The notes under the pieces were generated by a model, which saw only the letters and a program-made list of their open reading frames with translations, had not been told where the DNA came from and ran no database searches. Shown piece by piece: positions 19,411 through 28,675 of a stretch of 64,000 nt of DNA (positions within the stretch are counted from its first letter, which is position 1; every line of letters begins with the position of its first letter). The position numbers and the translations under genes were made by a program. The stretch covers positions 9,441 through 73,440 of the forward strand of contig DASUKB010000004.1 of NCBI GenBank assembly GCA_036278915.1, in the 5' to 3' direction. This DNA comes from Patescibacteria group bacterium (GTDB lineage Bacteria > Patescibacteriota > Doudnabacteria > UBA920 > O2-02-FULL-48-8).

Positions 19411-19776
19411 ATGATAACTCGTTCTCAGACGATTTTTGCGCTTCATTGTGCGCTCTTTGTCAGCTTAATCATCACGTGTATCGCGGCTTGTGGGCTGTAC
19501 ACTTTCTATACCGATTTTTATCGGCAGGTGTTCTTCCCAGCTTACGCACTCGTAATGGGTATTATAATGGCTGGCTGGTCGCACAAAATGGGCGGCTGCT
19601 TCCTCACTAAACTTGAGAACAAATACCGCAAGCTGGAGGGCAAAGAGGTTTACGATGAATCGTTCTTGCAACACTATGTGCCATTGGTGTTGGGCAGACC
19701 TGTCAAGAAAACTACGGTTAACGCCGGATTGTTTTCATTGATTTCTGTTCCACTCATCCTCTGGTTAATTACCTAA
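19411..19776 (+). CDS. hypothetical membrane protein (121 aa); ORF-track start 19363 is a TTG
   Basis: CAGGAGGA SD before ATG at 19411; TTGACC-17-TATTAT promoter upstream; 3-4 TM helices. Confidence 0.4.
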   Translation: MITRSQTIFALHCALFVSLIITCIAACGLYTFYTDFYRQVFFPAYALVMGIIMAGWSHKMGGCFLTKLENKYRKLEGKEVYDESFLQHYVPLVLGRPVKKTTVNAGLFSLISVPLILWLIT

Positions 19777-19887
19777 TCGGCCGGCGTCCCAACAACAAGA
19801 CCCAGCCGATTTTTTTTATTTATACCGCCCGGGGTGCGAGCGGTTTCAAAATTTCTCATTACTCTTTACTAATTACTCTTTACTATT

Positions 19888-20994
19888 TTACTGCCTCTTC
19901 TCCTCAAAACTAAACACGTAGTTGGCTAGGCCGACCAGGGCGATGGACCAGGCCAGCATCCAGAGCAAATCGGAACGGATAGCAGAAATCCCCGCGGCTT
20001 TGGTCATCACCTGCCGCATGGAGTCGGAAAGGAATGTCAGAGGCAAATAATTGGCAAAGTGCTGCAGCCACGTCGGGAAACTTGAGATCGGGAAAAACGT
20101 GCCGCCCAAGAAAAGCATTGGGAAAGCAATGAGGTTGGCAAATGCCGGCACGGATTCCTGCGTCTTGGAAACGCCGGAGATCGTAAATCCAAGTCCCAAA
20201 AACATTACAGATCCAAGTACGGTTATAAGCGCAACCAGCCAATAGGAACCGATGACGTGCGCTTTCAAAAACGTGATCCCAACAATTACAAATACCGCGG
20301 TCTGCAAGAACGAAACAATAAGCCGGGTAATGACATTGGCTGTGACAAATGACAAAGGCTTCATAGGCGTAGCCAAAAGCCTTCGGAGCACGCCCTTTTC
20401 TTTGTAATTTGTAAACACAAATGCCACCGAAAATATGCACATTTGCATTAGAGACAAGGCAATCAGGCCAGGCAGCAGGAAGTCAACGTATTTGAGATGG
20501 TTGGAATTTACCTCTTGCGTGTCCAGTTTAAACAAATTTGCGCCGTGCGTGATATTGAGCGCTGTATTATTTAAAATTTCACTCATAATTGTCTGAGCTT
20601 CCGAGGCCTGCTGCGCTTCACCAGAATTTGTGAGTACTGTTACAGTTTTGGTCTGGTTTAGGGCATCTATAGGATTATCCGGCAAAAGATCGTGCGGGAT
20701 CACGAACACGGCCGAAACTTTGTCGTCTGCAATCTGGGCGCGCATCTGCTCTTCTGTCCCCTCCTGGATTTTCATAAGAGACGATTGCTTCAGCTGATCT
20801 ATGAATTGTTGCGTGGCCGTAGTCGGCGGCGCATCCAGCGACAGGCCAACGTCTATGGGACTGACTTTGTCAAAACCGATGAGGCCAAAGACAATCATTA
20901 TAAGTAGCGGCGAAAAGAATGTGAAAAACAGCGCCTGCTTGTTGCGAAAAAACATTTTGATGGATGAGACTGTAAGTGTGAGAAGTGATTTCAT
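19888..20994 (-). CDS. ABC-2 type transporter permease
   Basis: 368 aa; N-terminal TM plus large extracytoplasmic loop, then 5 TM helices (ABC2_membrane architecture); adjacent to ATPase. Confidence 0.7.
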   Translation of the reverse strand: MKSLLTLTVSSIKMFFRNKQALFFTFFSPLLIMIVFGLIGFDKVSPIDVGLSLDAPPTTATQQFIDQLKQSSLMKIQEGTEEQMRAQIADDKVSAVFVIPHDLLPDNPIDALNQTKTVTVLTNSGEAQQASEAQTIMSEILNNTALNITHGANLFKLDTQEVNSNHLKYVDFLLPGLIALSLMQMCIFSVAFVFTNYKEKGVLRRLLATPMKPLSFVTANVITRLIVSFLQTAVFVIVGITFLKAHVIGSYWLVALITVLGSVMFLGLGFTISGVSKTQESVPAFANLIAFPMLFLGGTFFPISSFPTWLQHFANYLPLTFLSDSMRQVMTKAAGISAIRSDLLWMLAWSIALVGLANYVFSFEEKRQ

Positions 20995-21049
20995 GATGAA
21001 TTTCTAATTACTAATTTTTAATTGACCTAAAATTTAGAAATTGTGTAAA

Positions 21050-21967
21050 TTAATCGCGTAGAGCATGCCCTGTTAATTTAAGGAAGACGTCTTCCAGCGT
21101 CGGCTGGCGCAGCTGCAGATCCAGAACATGAAAATTCAGTTCAGCTGCTTTGGCAAACAAAGCCGTGAGCGAAAACTGGGGATTCAGAGTGACGAGCGTG
21201 TACTCGTACGCATCCTGGCTTACCGATTCCACTTCAGGCAAACTCTCTAACATACCCAAATCTACCGCATCATGAGTTTTAAATACAATTGTGGAATTCA
21301 GTCCCGGCAATTTAAGCAGGTTTTGCGTGGGTTCCAAAGCCACGATGTGCGCATGGTCCATAACGGCGATCCTATCGCAAAGCACTTCCGCCTCGTCCAT
21401 GTAGTGCGTAGTCAGCACGATAGTTTTGCCCTGGTTGTTGATTTGGGTAATCAGTTCCCAAAGATTCCGGCGCGCCTGCGGGTCCAGGCCTGTAGTTGGT
21501 TCGTCCAAAAACAAAACCTTCGGATCATTGACTAGCGCTACGGCTATGGACAACCGCTGTTTCTGTCCGCCGGACAAGGCTTTCACTTCATTTTTCCATT
21601 TATCTTCCAGCTGAACCATTTTGAGCAGCTGCATAGCGTCCACTGAACGTTCATATAGCGAGGCAAAGGTCTCAATAAGCTCCTTGAGATTGAGTCCCTC
21701 AAAAAAACTTGACGCCTGAAGCTGCACGCCAATGATATTTTTAACCTTCTGCGCCTGAGTGGCGACATTTAATCCATCCAACTGTGCTGAACCGGACGTA
21801 ATGCCTTTGAGCCCTTCAATCATTTCAAGCGTAGTAGTCTTCCCTGCCCCGTTCGGTCCGAGAATTCCAAAAATCTCTCCCTCCACCACGTGGAAGTTGA
21901 TTTGGTCAACTGCTGTAAAATCGCCGTACTTTTTGGTTAAATCGCGAACTTCTATTATCTTTGCCAT
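21050..21967 (-). CDS. ABC transporter ATP-binding protein
   Basis: GPNGAGKTT Walker A, LSGGQKQRLSIA signature, LFLDEPTTGLD Walker B. Confidence 0.85.
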   Translation of the reverse strand: MAKIIEVRDLTKKYGDFTAVDQINFHVVEGEIFGILGPNGAGKTTTLEMIEGLKGITSGSAQLDGLNVATQAQKVKNIIGVQLQASSFFEGLNLKELIETFASLYERSVDAMQLLKMVQLEDKWKNEVKALSGGQKQRLSIAVALVNDPKVLFLDEPTTGLDPQARRNLWELITQINNQGKTIVLTTHYMDEAEVLCDRIAVMDHAHIVALEPTQNLLKLPGLNSTIVFKTHDAVDLGMLESLPEVESVSQDAYEYTLVTLNPQFSLTALFAKAAELNFHVLDLQLRQPTLEDVFLKLTGHALRD

Positions 21968-22020
21968 AATTTACTCCAGTTACAAACTATAATCGCTTCA
22001 GGCATGTTTGTCAATTCCCA

Positions 22021-22052
22021 AAACAGAAGCAGAATTTCCTGCTTCTGTTAAA
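22021..22052 (-). terminator. rho-independent terminator (11-bp perfect stem) after the 22064..23785 gene
   Basis: aacagaagcag-aatttc-ctgcttctgtt; minus strand gives stem + UUUUGG. Confidence 0.6.
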
Positions 22053-22063
22053 TTTATAAGTTG

Positions 22064-23785
22064 CTATTTGGCTATTACCTCGCCGCTTACGTAAGAATCC
22101 ACCTCTGCTTCAGGCAAAACCACGGGCGCGGGAGTGCGCAGGCGTTTGTACGAGGCTGGAGTCAGCAAATCTTTTTGCCCGTCTACCATCTCGTAAATTC
22201 CGTCAGAGGCATCGCCCTTTATAAACGTTCCGTCCTTGGGCGGCAAAGGCGATACTGTTGGAATCGTAGCAAATTCATCCAGTCCCAATATCACGAGCGG
22301 GAAATTGCCAACGGATCGCTGCTTAAATACAAACGCGGACACAAATCGCTTCTGGCCATCTTTATACCAGTAGATGCCGGTGTCGCCTTGAAGCTGGATC
22401 TGAGTTGAGTCTGGTGGCGGCAGAAATGCTCCTGTGGCAATGCCGGAAACTTCACCGTCGGAAAGTTTGAGCAGATTCTTAAAGCTCAAATTGCGCGCTA
22501 CAAAGACATTGTAAGTGATAGGGCGCTTCTGGCCGTTTTCTATAAGGTACACGGTCTGGTCGGTCGCGCCTGTAATAAGCGTGCCGTCCAAAGGCGCCAA
22601 AAACGCACCGGTTGGATAACTTGCGGCTTCAGACTGCGGCAAAGTTACAACTTTGGCAAATGAAAATTTGCGCTGGGCAAAGATCGGCCCCGAGATCGGC
22701 TGTTTGGCTCCCGACTGCATTAAGTAAACCGTGGCGTCGGAATCGCCTTTTATAAGCGTGCCGTCCAAGGGCACAAGCGGTGCGCCAGTTGTATACGAAT
22801 CAAATTCCGTTTCTGAAACGTCTACTACCTGATTGAGGTTGATCTTGCGTTGGCTGGCTACAAACGCCGAGAAGAATTGTTTCGTGCCGTTGTTTATGAC
22901 ATACAAACCTGTGTCGCCGATGCGTCGTATCACCGTGCCATTGGGATATTTGAACCACAGCGTGTAATATTTCCAAAAGTTATAATTGCCATTGAAGACA
23001 TGCGGCGTGTAGCGATAGAGCGCGGCTGTGGCAAAGTCGGCAATAGTCACAGTCTGGCTCGGGGCGACTCCGCTGAATCCACCCAAGGTATTCGGAAGGC
23101 TTATGGTATCGCCCAAAACCGAAGTCCGTACGGCTGGACCGCCGGACGTATTGCCGTTTGCGTCCACTTCAGGGCCGCGGCCGGTGCGAATGCCGTTTTG
23201 CGTGTAGTTAAAGGATTTCATAAGCGAAGCCGCGGCGCCCAAATACCTGTCGCCGTTGGCATCAAAATTTCCAAAGAGTTGGAAATAAAATCCCAGAAAA
23301 ATACTGCCGCAAGGAGAAGAATCCGGACAGCCGAACCCAAGCGCGCGGTCCAGAGCTTGTTGCAGCGATGCTGATGATGAAAATGTTCCAAGAATCAAGC
23401 TTTGCTCTTTTTGCAGAGTCACTAAAATTACTTGCGGATTTAGCCCAGTCTTAACAGTTGCATCATAGATAAGCTCCGCTGCAGTGCGAGACTGCGGCAA
23501 ATTCGGTTCCGGGTCTTCCAGACCAGTTTTGGTCTGAGTTCCCGGTTCTTTGAACTTGGCCACGAAATCCGGCGAAGTGTTGGCTAAAACCGAACCATGA
23601 TCTGAAAGCCAAGTTTGGATGGCCGAAGCAGACCCAAATGTTCCTGTGTCGCCAAAAGCCGCGTCCGTAATGAGCAAGTTTGGATTGAATGCCGGATCCA
23701 CTGCTTCCTGGGCATGCGCAATCGGCACCGCCATGGTGCTTAGGAAAAATGAAACCAAAATTGCTATGGAAAATTTATTTTTCAT
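22064..23785 (-). CDS. secreted protein with N-terminal unknown domain and 4-5 C-terminal ~65-aa repeats (DGTLIKG..TVY.I.NG.KRPI..F....F..V motif)
   Basis: Signal peptide MKNKFSIAILVSFFLSTMAVPIAHA; internal tandem repeats also present in the adjacent S8 protease. Confidence 0.5.
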   Translation of the reverse strand: MKNKFSIAILVSFFLSTMAVPIAHAQEAVDPAFNPNLLITDAAFGDTGTFGSASAIQTWLSDHGSVLANTSPDFVAKFKEPGTQTKTGLEDPEPNLPQSRTAAELIYDATVKTGLNPQVILVTLQKEQSLILGTFSSSASLQQALDRALGFGCPDSSPCGSIFLGFYFQLFGNFDANGDRYLGAAASLMKSFNYTQNGIRTGRGPEVDANGNTSGGPAVRTSVLGDTISLPNTLGGFSGVAPSQTVTIADFATAALYRYTPHVFNGNYNFWKYYTLWFKYPNGTVIRRIGDTGLYVINNGTKQFFSAFVASQRKINLNQVVDVSETEFDSYTTGAPLVPLDGTLIKGDSDATVYLMQSGAKQPISGPIFAQRKFSFAKVVTLPQSEAASYPTGAFLAPLDGTLITGATDQTVYLIENGQKRPITYNVFVARNLSFKNLLKLSDGEVSGIATGAFLPPPDSTQIQLQGDTGIYWYKDGQKRFVSAFVFKQRSVGNFPLVILGLDEFATIPTVSPLPPKDGTFIKGDASDGIYEMVDGQKDLLTPASYKRLRTPAPVVLPEAEVDSYVSGEVIAK

Positions 23786-23789
23786 AAAT

Positions 23790-25808
23790 TTATAAAATTG
23801 GGGTTCCTGGCATAATTACATCCATCTCCGCTTGCGGCAAAGAAACAATAGAACTGAAGCTATATTTGCGTTCAGCAAACGCCGCTGCAGAAAGCGCCCG
23901 CTTAGTGCTGTTTTCTATCACATATACCGTAGGGTCGCTGACAGATTTAACCAAGGTTCCATCGAGCGGCGACAGCCAGAAACTATCTTGCGGTCTGGGC
24001 ACGTGTGAAAATTCATCAGTTGTAACAGAAATAACTTTTGCGAACGACAACTTGCGCTGGGTAAAGACATAATAAGTCACGGGTCTGGCGACCTGATTGC
24101 TCATGACATACACCGTGGGATTGCCTTTGATAAGCACAAGTGTCCCGTCAGGCGGCCAGTACCAGTCCGCCAATGGGATCGAGGCCAAATCCGACTCTGA
24201 CATAATTTTAACGTTGGCAAAACTGAAATTGCGCGACACAAAAACTAAATACGTAAGCGGCCTGCGTACGCCGTTATCGATGTAGTAGACGGTTGGATCT
24301 GTTTCGCTTTTAATAAGCGTGCCGGTATTGGGCGCCACCGGATCGCCCAGAGTATAATTATCCAATTGGCCCGATTGTTCTATAAGAATTTGCGCGCCAG
24401 GATATTTTTGGTTGAGCACAAATTGCGATACATAATGTTTAATTCCGCCGGAGACGAGATAAATATTATTGGTAGCGGTTTCGCGGACCAAGGTATTATT
24501 TAAAATTGGCTGCGGCTGCAAGGCGGACAGCGCATCAATTCGCCCCTTGCCTAGAAAGCCATTACAGCTAGATCCCAGACAGTTGTCCTGATTCAGGGCA
24601 TCAATATTATCTGCGGTGTTGAGGATCAGATCGCGAATTTGCGCGTTGGTCATGGACGGGTTTTCGGATTTTATAAGCGCGGCCACACCGGCCACCACGG
24701 GCGTTGCCAGAGATGTTCCGGAGGCGTATATAAGCACGTTATCGGATGGATCAGACGGAAAAAACGCGGTCGTCAAAATTTCTTGGCCTGGAGCTGTGAT
24801 ATCCACGCAGTTGATGCCGAAATTGGAGAAATCCGATTTGCGATCGGAAATGTCGGACGCGGCCACGCCCAAAACCATATTCTGGCCATTATCTTCGCAC
24901 ACCGGGTACACCGGATTCTGGTCGAGGTTCAGACCCTGATCGGCCTTGTCATTCCCTGCGGCCGCTATTACGAGACTGCCCTTGCTGTATGCGTAAGACA
25001 CTGCGTTGGCCAGATCAGAACTGTTGGGGAATCCTGAGCCGCCCAAAGATAAATTTATAACATCAGCACCGTGATCAGCGGCCCACATAATCCCCTCGGC
25101 AATTACAGAAATGTCCCCTTTGCCTTCGGAGTTAAGCACTTTAACCGGCATCATTGACACAACCCAATTAATACCCGAGATTCCTTTTTGGTTATTTGGG
25201 ATAGCCCCAATAACTCCGGCCACAGCCGTGCCATGGCCATTGTCGTCCGAGTCACTGTTGGCTGGTATGATTTCTCCGGTAGTCATGTCAAACCCCGCCA
25301 CAACTCGGCCGTCATTGAGATCGAGGTGGCTTGAGTGGATGCCTGTGTCAACTATAGCCACAACGACACTTGCCGAACCGTGCGTGTAGTTCCACGCTTC
25401 GGGCGCGCGAATTTTTGGCAGGTACCACTGCTTGTCCTGCTGGCTTGGATCAGTCGTGAAAAAAGGATCATTGGTCGTGACCACTTGCGACACACTCAAT
25501 TGCGCAACTGAAACTGCGCTATCGTTCTCTGCGAAGTTAATACGAAAATCAGAACCAAGTAAGACTTGTTCATCGCTTGTGGTATCCGCGGTATACACGT
25601 TCGCCAACTGGTTTCCCGTATAAAGCTTTTGGAAATTTTGTAAATTATATTGATGCGCGAGAGCAGAAAGATCAACGCCAGGTTTTATTCCCAAAATTAT
25701 TTGGACTCTGCTTTCTCCCGAAGCCTTACTTATTGCGGGGCTAAACAAAAAAGCGGCTAGACAGACGCAAGCCAAAATTTTTATAAAATTATTTTTTAGT
25801 TTAAGCAT
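23790..25808 (-). CDS. subtilisin-like serine protease (S8) with C-terminal ~65-aa repeats
   Basis: Catalytic triad motifs AIVDTGI (Asp), NGHGTAVAGVIGA (His), GTSLATPVVAGVAAL (Ser); repeats GTLIKSETDPTVYYIDNGVRRPLTY... x3. Confidence 0.8.
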   Translation of the reverse strand: MLKLKNNFIKILACVCLAAFLFSPAISKASGESRVQIILGIKPGVDLSALAHQYNLQNFQKLYTGNQLANVYTADTTSDEQVLLGSDFRINFAENDSAVSVAQLSVSQVVTTNDPFFTTDPSQQDKQWYLPKIRAPEAWNYTHGSASVVVAIVDTGIHSSHLDLNDGRVVAGFDMTTGEIIPANSDSDDNGHGTAVAGVIGAIPNNQKGISGINWVVSMMPVKVLNSEGKGDISVIAEGIMWAADHGADVINLSLGGSGFPNSSDLANAVSYAYSKGSLVIAAAGNDKADQGLNLDQNPVYPVCEDNGQNMVLGVAASDISDRKSDFSNFGINCVDITAPGQEILTTAFFPSDPSDNVLIYASGTSLATPVVAGVAALIKSENPSMTNAQIRDLILNTADNIDALNQDNCLGSSCNGFLGKGRIDALSALQPQPILNNTLVRETATNNIYLVSGGIKHYVSQFVLNQKYPGAQILIEQSGQLDNYTLGDPVAPNTGTLIKSETDPTVYYIDNGVRRPLTYLVFVSRNFSFANVKIMSESDLASIPLADWYWPPDGTLVLIKGNPTVYVMSNQVARPVTYYVFTQRKLSFAKVISVTTDEFSHVPRPQDSFWLSPLDGTLVKSVSDPTVYVIENSTKRALSAAAFAERKYSFSSIVSLPQAEMDVIMPGTPIL

Positions 25809-26542
25809 TATGGAGAGTACTTACCCCTGAGCAGCCGCCATTTAATCACAAACAAAGATAAAAGAGATTGTATGTAAGCCTTAAGCGGCACGTGCGAGCC
25901 GCCGTGTTCTTCCCAAGACACCGGGACTTCTTTAATTCTATATCCGAACTTGAGCGCGATGGCAAGCAATTCCATATCAAACGCCCATCCGTAGATGCTG
26001 ATGTTCTTAAAAATTTCCTTGCCTGCGGAGGAGCGGAATGCTTTAAACCCGCATTGCGTGTCTTTGATGTGCGGAATCAAGACAATTTGGATCAAGAGGT
26101 TTGCCATGCGCGAGAGAATGACTTTGTATAACGGCTGGCGGATTTTTACGCTGGACGGATCCTGATAACGCGAACCGATCACAACTTCCGTGCCATTTTC
26201 CAAATAAGGCCAAAATTTCTGGATTTCGGAAATCGGCGTGGCGTTATCCGCATCCATAAATACCACGTATTCACCGATTGATTCCAAAATGCCTTTTTTG
26301 ACGGCATTGCCTTTGTTGTTGCCCGGCACGATTGGCGGCTGCTCAAGCACTCGCAGATTTGGCATGGAAGAAGCCAATGCTTTAACCGTATCCACGGTTT
26401 TGTCGCGCGAACCGTTGTCCACAACTATTATTTCATAATCATAATCCTGCGTTTTAAGGTAATTATTGGCATCTGAAAGCGTCGCTGTTATGCGATCTTC
26501 TTCGTTGTAGGCCGGGATAACTACTGAAAGTTTTTTGCTCAT
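25808..26542 (-). CDS. glycosyltransferase family 2, dolichyl/polyprenyl-phosphate sugar synthase-like (start at Met 26542)
   Basis: MSKKLSVVIPAYNEEDRI...VVDNGSRDKT...DADN; ORF-track N-terminal 26 codons lack support. Confidence 0.75.
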   Translation of the reverse strand: MSKKLSVVIPAYNEEDRITATLSDANNYLKTQDYDYEIIVVDNGSRDKTVDTVKALASSMPNLRVLEQPPIVPGNNKGNAVKKGILESIGEYVVFMDADNATPISEIQKFWPYLENGTEVVIGSRYQDPSSVKIRQPLYKVILSRMANLLIQIVLIPHIKDTQCGFKAFRSSAGKEIFKNISIYGWAFDMELLAIALKFGYRIKEVPVSWEEHGGSHVPLKAYIQSLLSLFVIKWRLLRGKYSP

Positions 26543-26655
26543 GTTTGTTTCAAATAAAGATTTTTGAACAGCCAAATTATAACACAAATTGCCGAATTTT
26601 AGAAATGCTGTTATGCACATCTAAAAATTCTTTCCAGCAAATTTACTAAACTCAA

Positions 26656-27816
26656 TTATTCCTTGGCAAGTTCTTCAACCTTATCGTTGATTGGGGGCTT
26701 GGCAAAAATTTTCTTGTGCCAATTCCATGCGGTGCGGACGATCGTGTCCAAATCGGAATTAGACAAAGCTAATCCCAATTCGGATTGGACTTTTTTGGAA
26801 TCCGCCACCAGGACCGGTGGATCGCCCGCGCGCCGTTCGTGCTGTTCTATGGGCACCATGCGGTTGGTGACCTCCACAACTTTGTCTACGATCTCAGCAA
26901 CGGAATACCCTTTGCCTGTACCGATGTTGTAAGTAAACGTGCCCATCTCCTCCTCAAGCTTTCGGATTGCCAGTACGTGCGCCGCGGCAATATCGGAGAC
27001 ATGCACGTAGTCGCGGATCGCCGTGCCGTCGGCCGTGGGATAATCGTGGCCATAAACGCGCAGAGCATCCAATTCTTTGTTTGCCACCTGAAAAATTTTC
27101 GGGATGAGATGCGTCTCTATGAAGTGTCTCTCACCCGCCCGGCCGTCCTTGTCGGCACCAGCGGCATTGAAGTAGCGGAAGACTACCGCGTTCAAATCAT
27201 GCGCGTGCGAGTACCAATTTATGATTTTCTCAAAAATCAATTTTGTCTCGCCGTATGGATTCAAGGGTTCGGTCGCGTGGACTTCATCTATGGGCACGTA
27301 ACGCGGACTGCCGTAGACTGCGGCCGATGATGAGTAAACCAAGTTCTTCACGCCGTGTTTGAGCATAGCATTGAGCAAATTTATACCTGCCACGATATTA
27401 TTATGGAAATATTTTTCCGGCAACAGCACGGATTCTTCCACAATTATGGATCCGGCCAAGTGGACCACTGCTTGAATTCGATATTGCTCGAAAATCTTAT
27501 CCAAAAGATCCGCATTATCCAGGTCGCCCACTACAAACGGACATCCCAGAGACGGCACCGCGCAATTGGAAAGGTTGTCCAGGATAATCGGATTGAATTT
27601 GGCGGCCAAAAGTTCCAACACCACATGCGAACCGATGTATCCCGCGCCGCCGGTAACTAAGATGTTTGGCCGGGATTCGTCATAATTGGCAAAATGCGGG
27701 TATCTAACCGGATCCAAAACCACAAATTTCGGCTTGTCATTTTCAAAAACCAAATACCGGCCATCGTTTTTGGCCAGTAAATCTTCAATTTCTTTGGAAT
27801 TAAAAACTTGAGTCAT
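26656..27816 (-). CDS. galE: UDP-glucose 4-epimerase with ~50-aa N-terminal extension
   Basis: ILVTGGAGYIGSH Rossmann motif, YxxxK catalytic region, NAD-dependent epimerase family throughout. Confidence 0.8.
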   Translation of the reverse strand: MTQVFNSKEIEDLLAKNDGRYLVFENDKPKFVVLDPVRYPHFANYDESRPNILVTGGAGYIGSHVVLELLAAKFNPIILDNLSNCAVPSLGCPFVVGDLDNADLLDKIFEQYRIQAVVHLAGSIIVEESVLLPEKYFHNNIVAGINLLNAMLKHGVKNLVYSSSAAVYGSPRYVPIDEVHATEPLNPYGETKLIFEKIINWYSHAHDLNAVVFRYFNAAGADKDGRAGERHFIETHLIPKIFQVANKELDALRVYGHDYPTADGTAIRDYVHVSDIAAAHVLAIRKLEEEMGTFTYNIGTGKGYSVAEIVDKVVEVTNRMVPIEQHERRAGDPPVLVADSKKVQSELGLALSNSDLDTIVRTAWNWHKKIFAKPPINDKVEELAKE

Positions 27817-27964
27817 ATTGATAAAATAAAAAACCGGCGCAAGCGGTTTGGTTTTTGTTTTTGGATTAATTAAATTCTAAGCAACAAAAAAAATTTGCGC
27901 AAGGCAAATCAAGGGACAAACGGTGGATAAACCCTTACAACAAGAATTGTACGCGGGCAAATAT

Positions 27965-27992
27965 AAAAGATCAGGCAAAAGCCTGATCTTTT
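27965..27992. terminator. bidirectional intrinsic terminator (12-bp perfect stem) separating the surface-protein operon from the galE operon
   Basis: aaaagatcaggc-aaaa-gcctgatctttt. Confidence 0.6.
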
Positions 27993-28014
27993 ATAGCTAG
28001 ATTTTTTCTAACTT

Positions 28015-28662
28015 CTAATTATTCGGCTTGCCGAGCTTATAGGCCACACGGAACAAAAACACGCCGAGAGTGATGAATGCCGCCAAACTTACGCTGATCC
28101 AGCCCGGGATGCCCGTTTTCGGGGCCGTAAAGGAAGTGCCGGAGCCCAGAGTGCCTGGGCGGTTTGCCGGTTGCGTGGACGGATTGACGTCGCCAAGATT
28201 GGTAATGACTTGGTTGTTGTACGAAACTTTAGCCACGCGCTGGGCAGAGTCGGTTGGCAATGGATCCTTGACGCGCACCGTGAACTGCTTTTGAATTGAA
28301 CCGTTTGCTGGAATATCCAAAGGCGTCCAGATGAGCGAATTGTTGCCAGAATTGTAATTGGCACCCTGCGCGTCTATAAGCGTGGCGACATTGGTGACAT
28401 CGCCAATGCCGACCTCAATTACAAATCCGCTGATAACTTTATCCGTTGGATTTTGCGCCGTAAGCGTATAGATAAGCGAATCGTTTGGGTGCGCCGTGAT
28501 TGTGGTGCCATCCGCGTTTTGAGTCTGATCCTGCACGCTTACCGAGAGGTTTGGATTAGTATTTGAACTGTTGGATTTGTGGTTATGGTCATATATGAGC
28601 CATGCTCCGACAGCCACTATCACTATTAGAACTATAATGCCTATGATTCTATTTCTGGTCAC
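28015..28662 (-). CDS. cell-surface protein with N-terminal signal anchor and C-terminal APKTG + TM + basic tail (sortase-type sorting signal variant)
   Basis: C-terminus ...FTAPKTGIPGWISVSLAAFITLGVFLFRVAYKLGKPNN. Confidence 0.5.
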   Translation of the reverse strand: MTRNRIIGIIVLIVIVAVGAWLIYDHNHKSNSSNTNPNLSVSVQDQTQNADGTTITAHPNDSLIYTLTAQNPTDKVISGFVIEVGIGDVTNVATLIDAQGANYNSGNNSLIWTPLDIPANGSIQKQFTVRVKDPLPTDSAQRVAKVSYNNQVITNLGDVNPSTQPANRPGTLGSGTSFTAPKTGIPGWISVSLAAFITLGVFLFRVAYKLGKPNN

Positions 28663-28675
28663 GGTATTCCTTTCT

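Noticed and set aside
26543-26620. N-terminal 26 codons of the GT2 ORF 25808..26620
   Set aside because: The hydrophobic/odd peptide MCITAFLKFGNLCYNL precedes the canonical GT2 start MSKKLSVVIPAYNEE, and this stretch would overlap the galE stop region.
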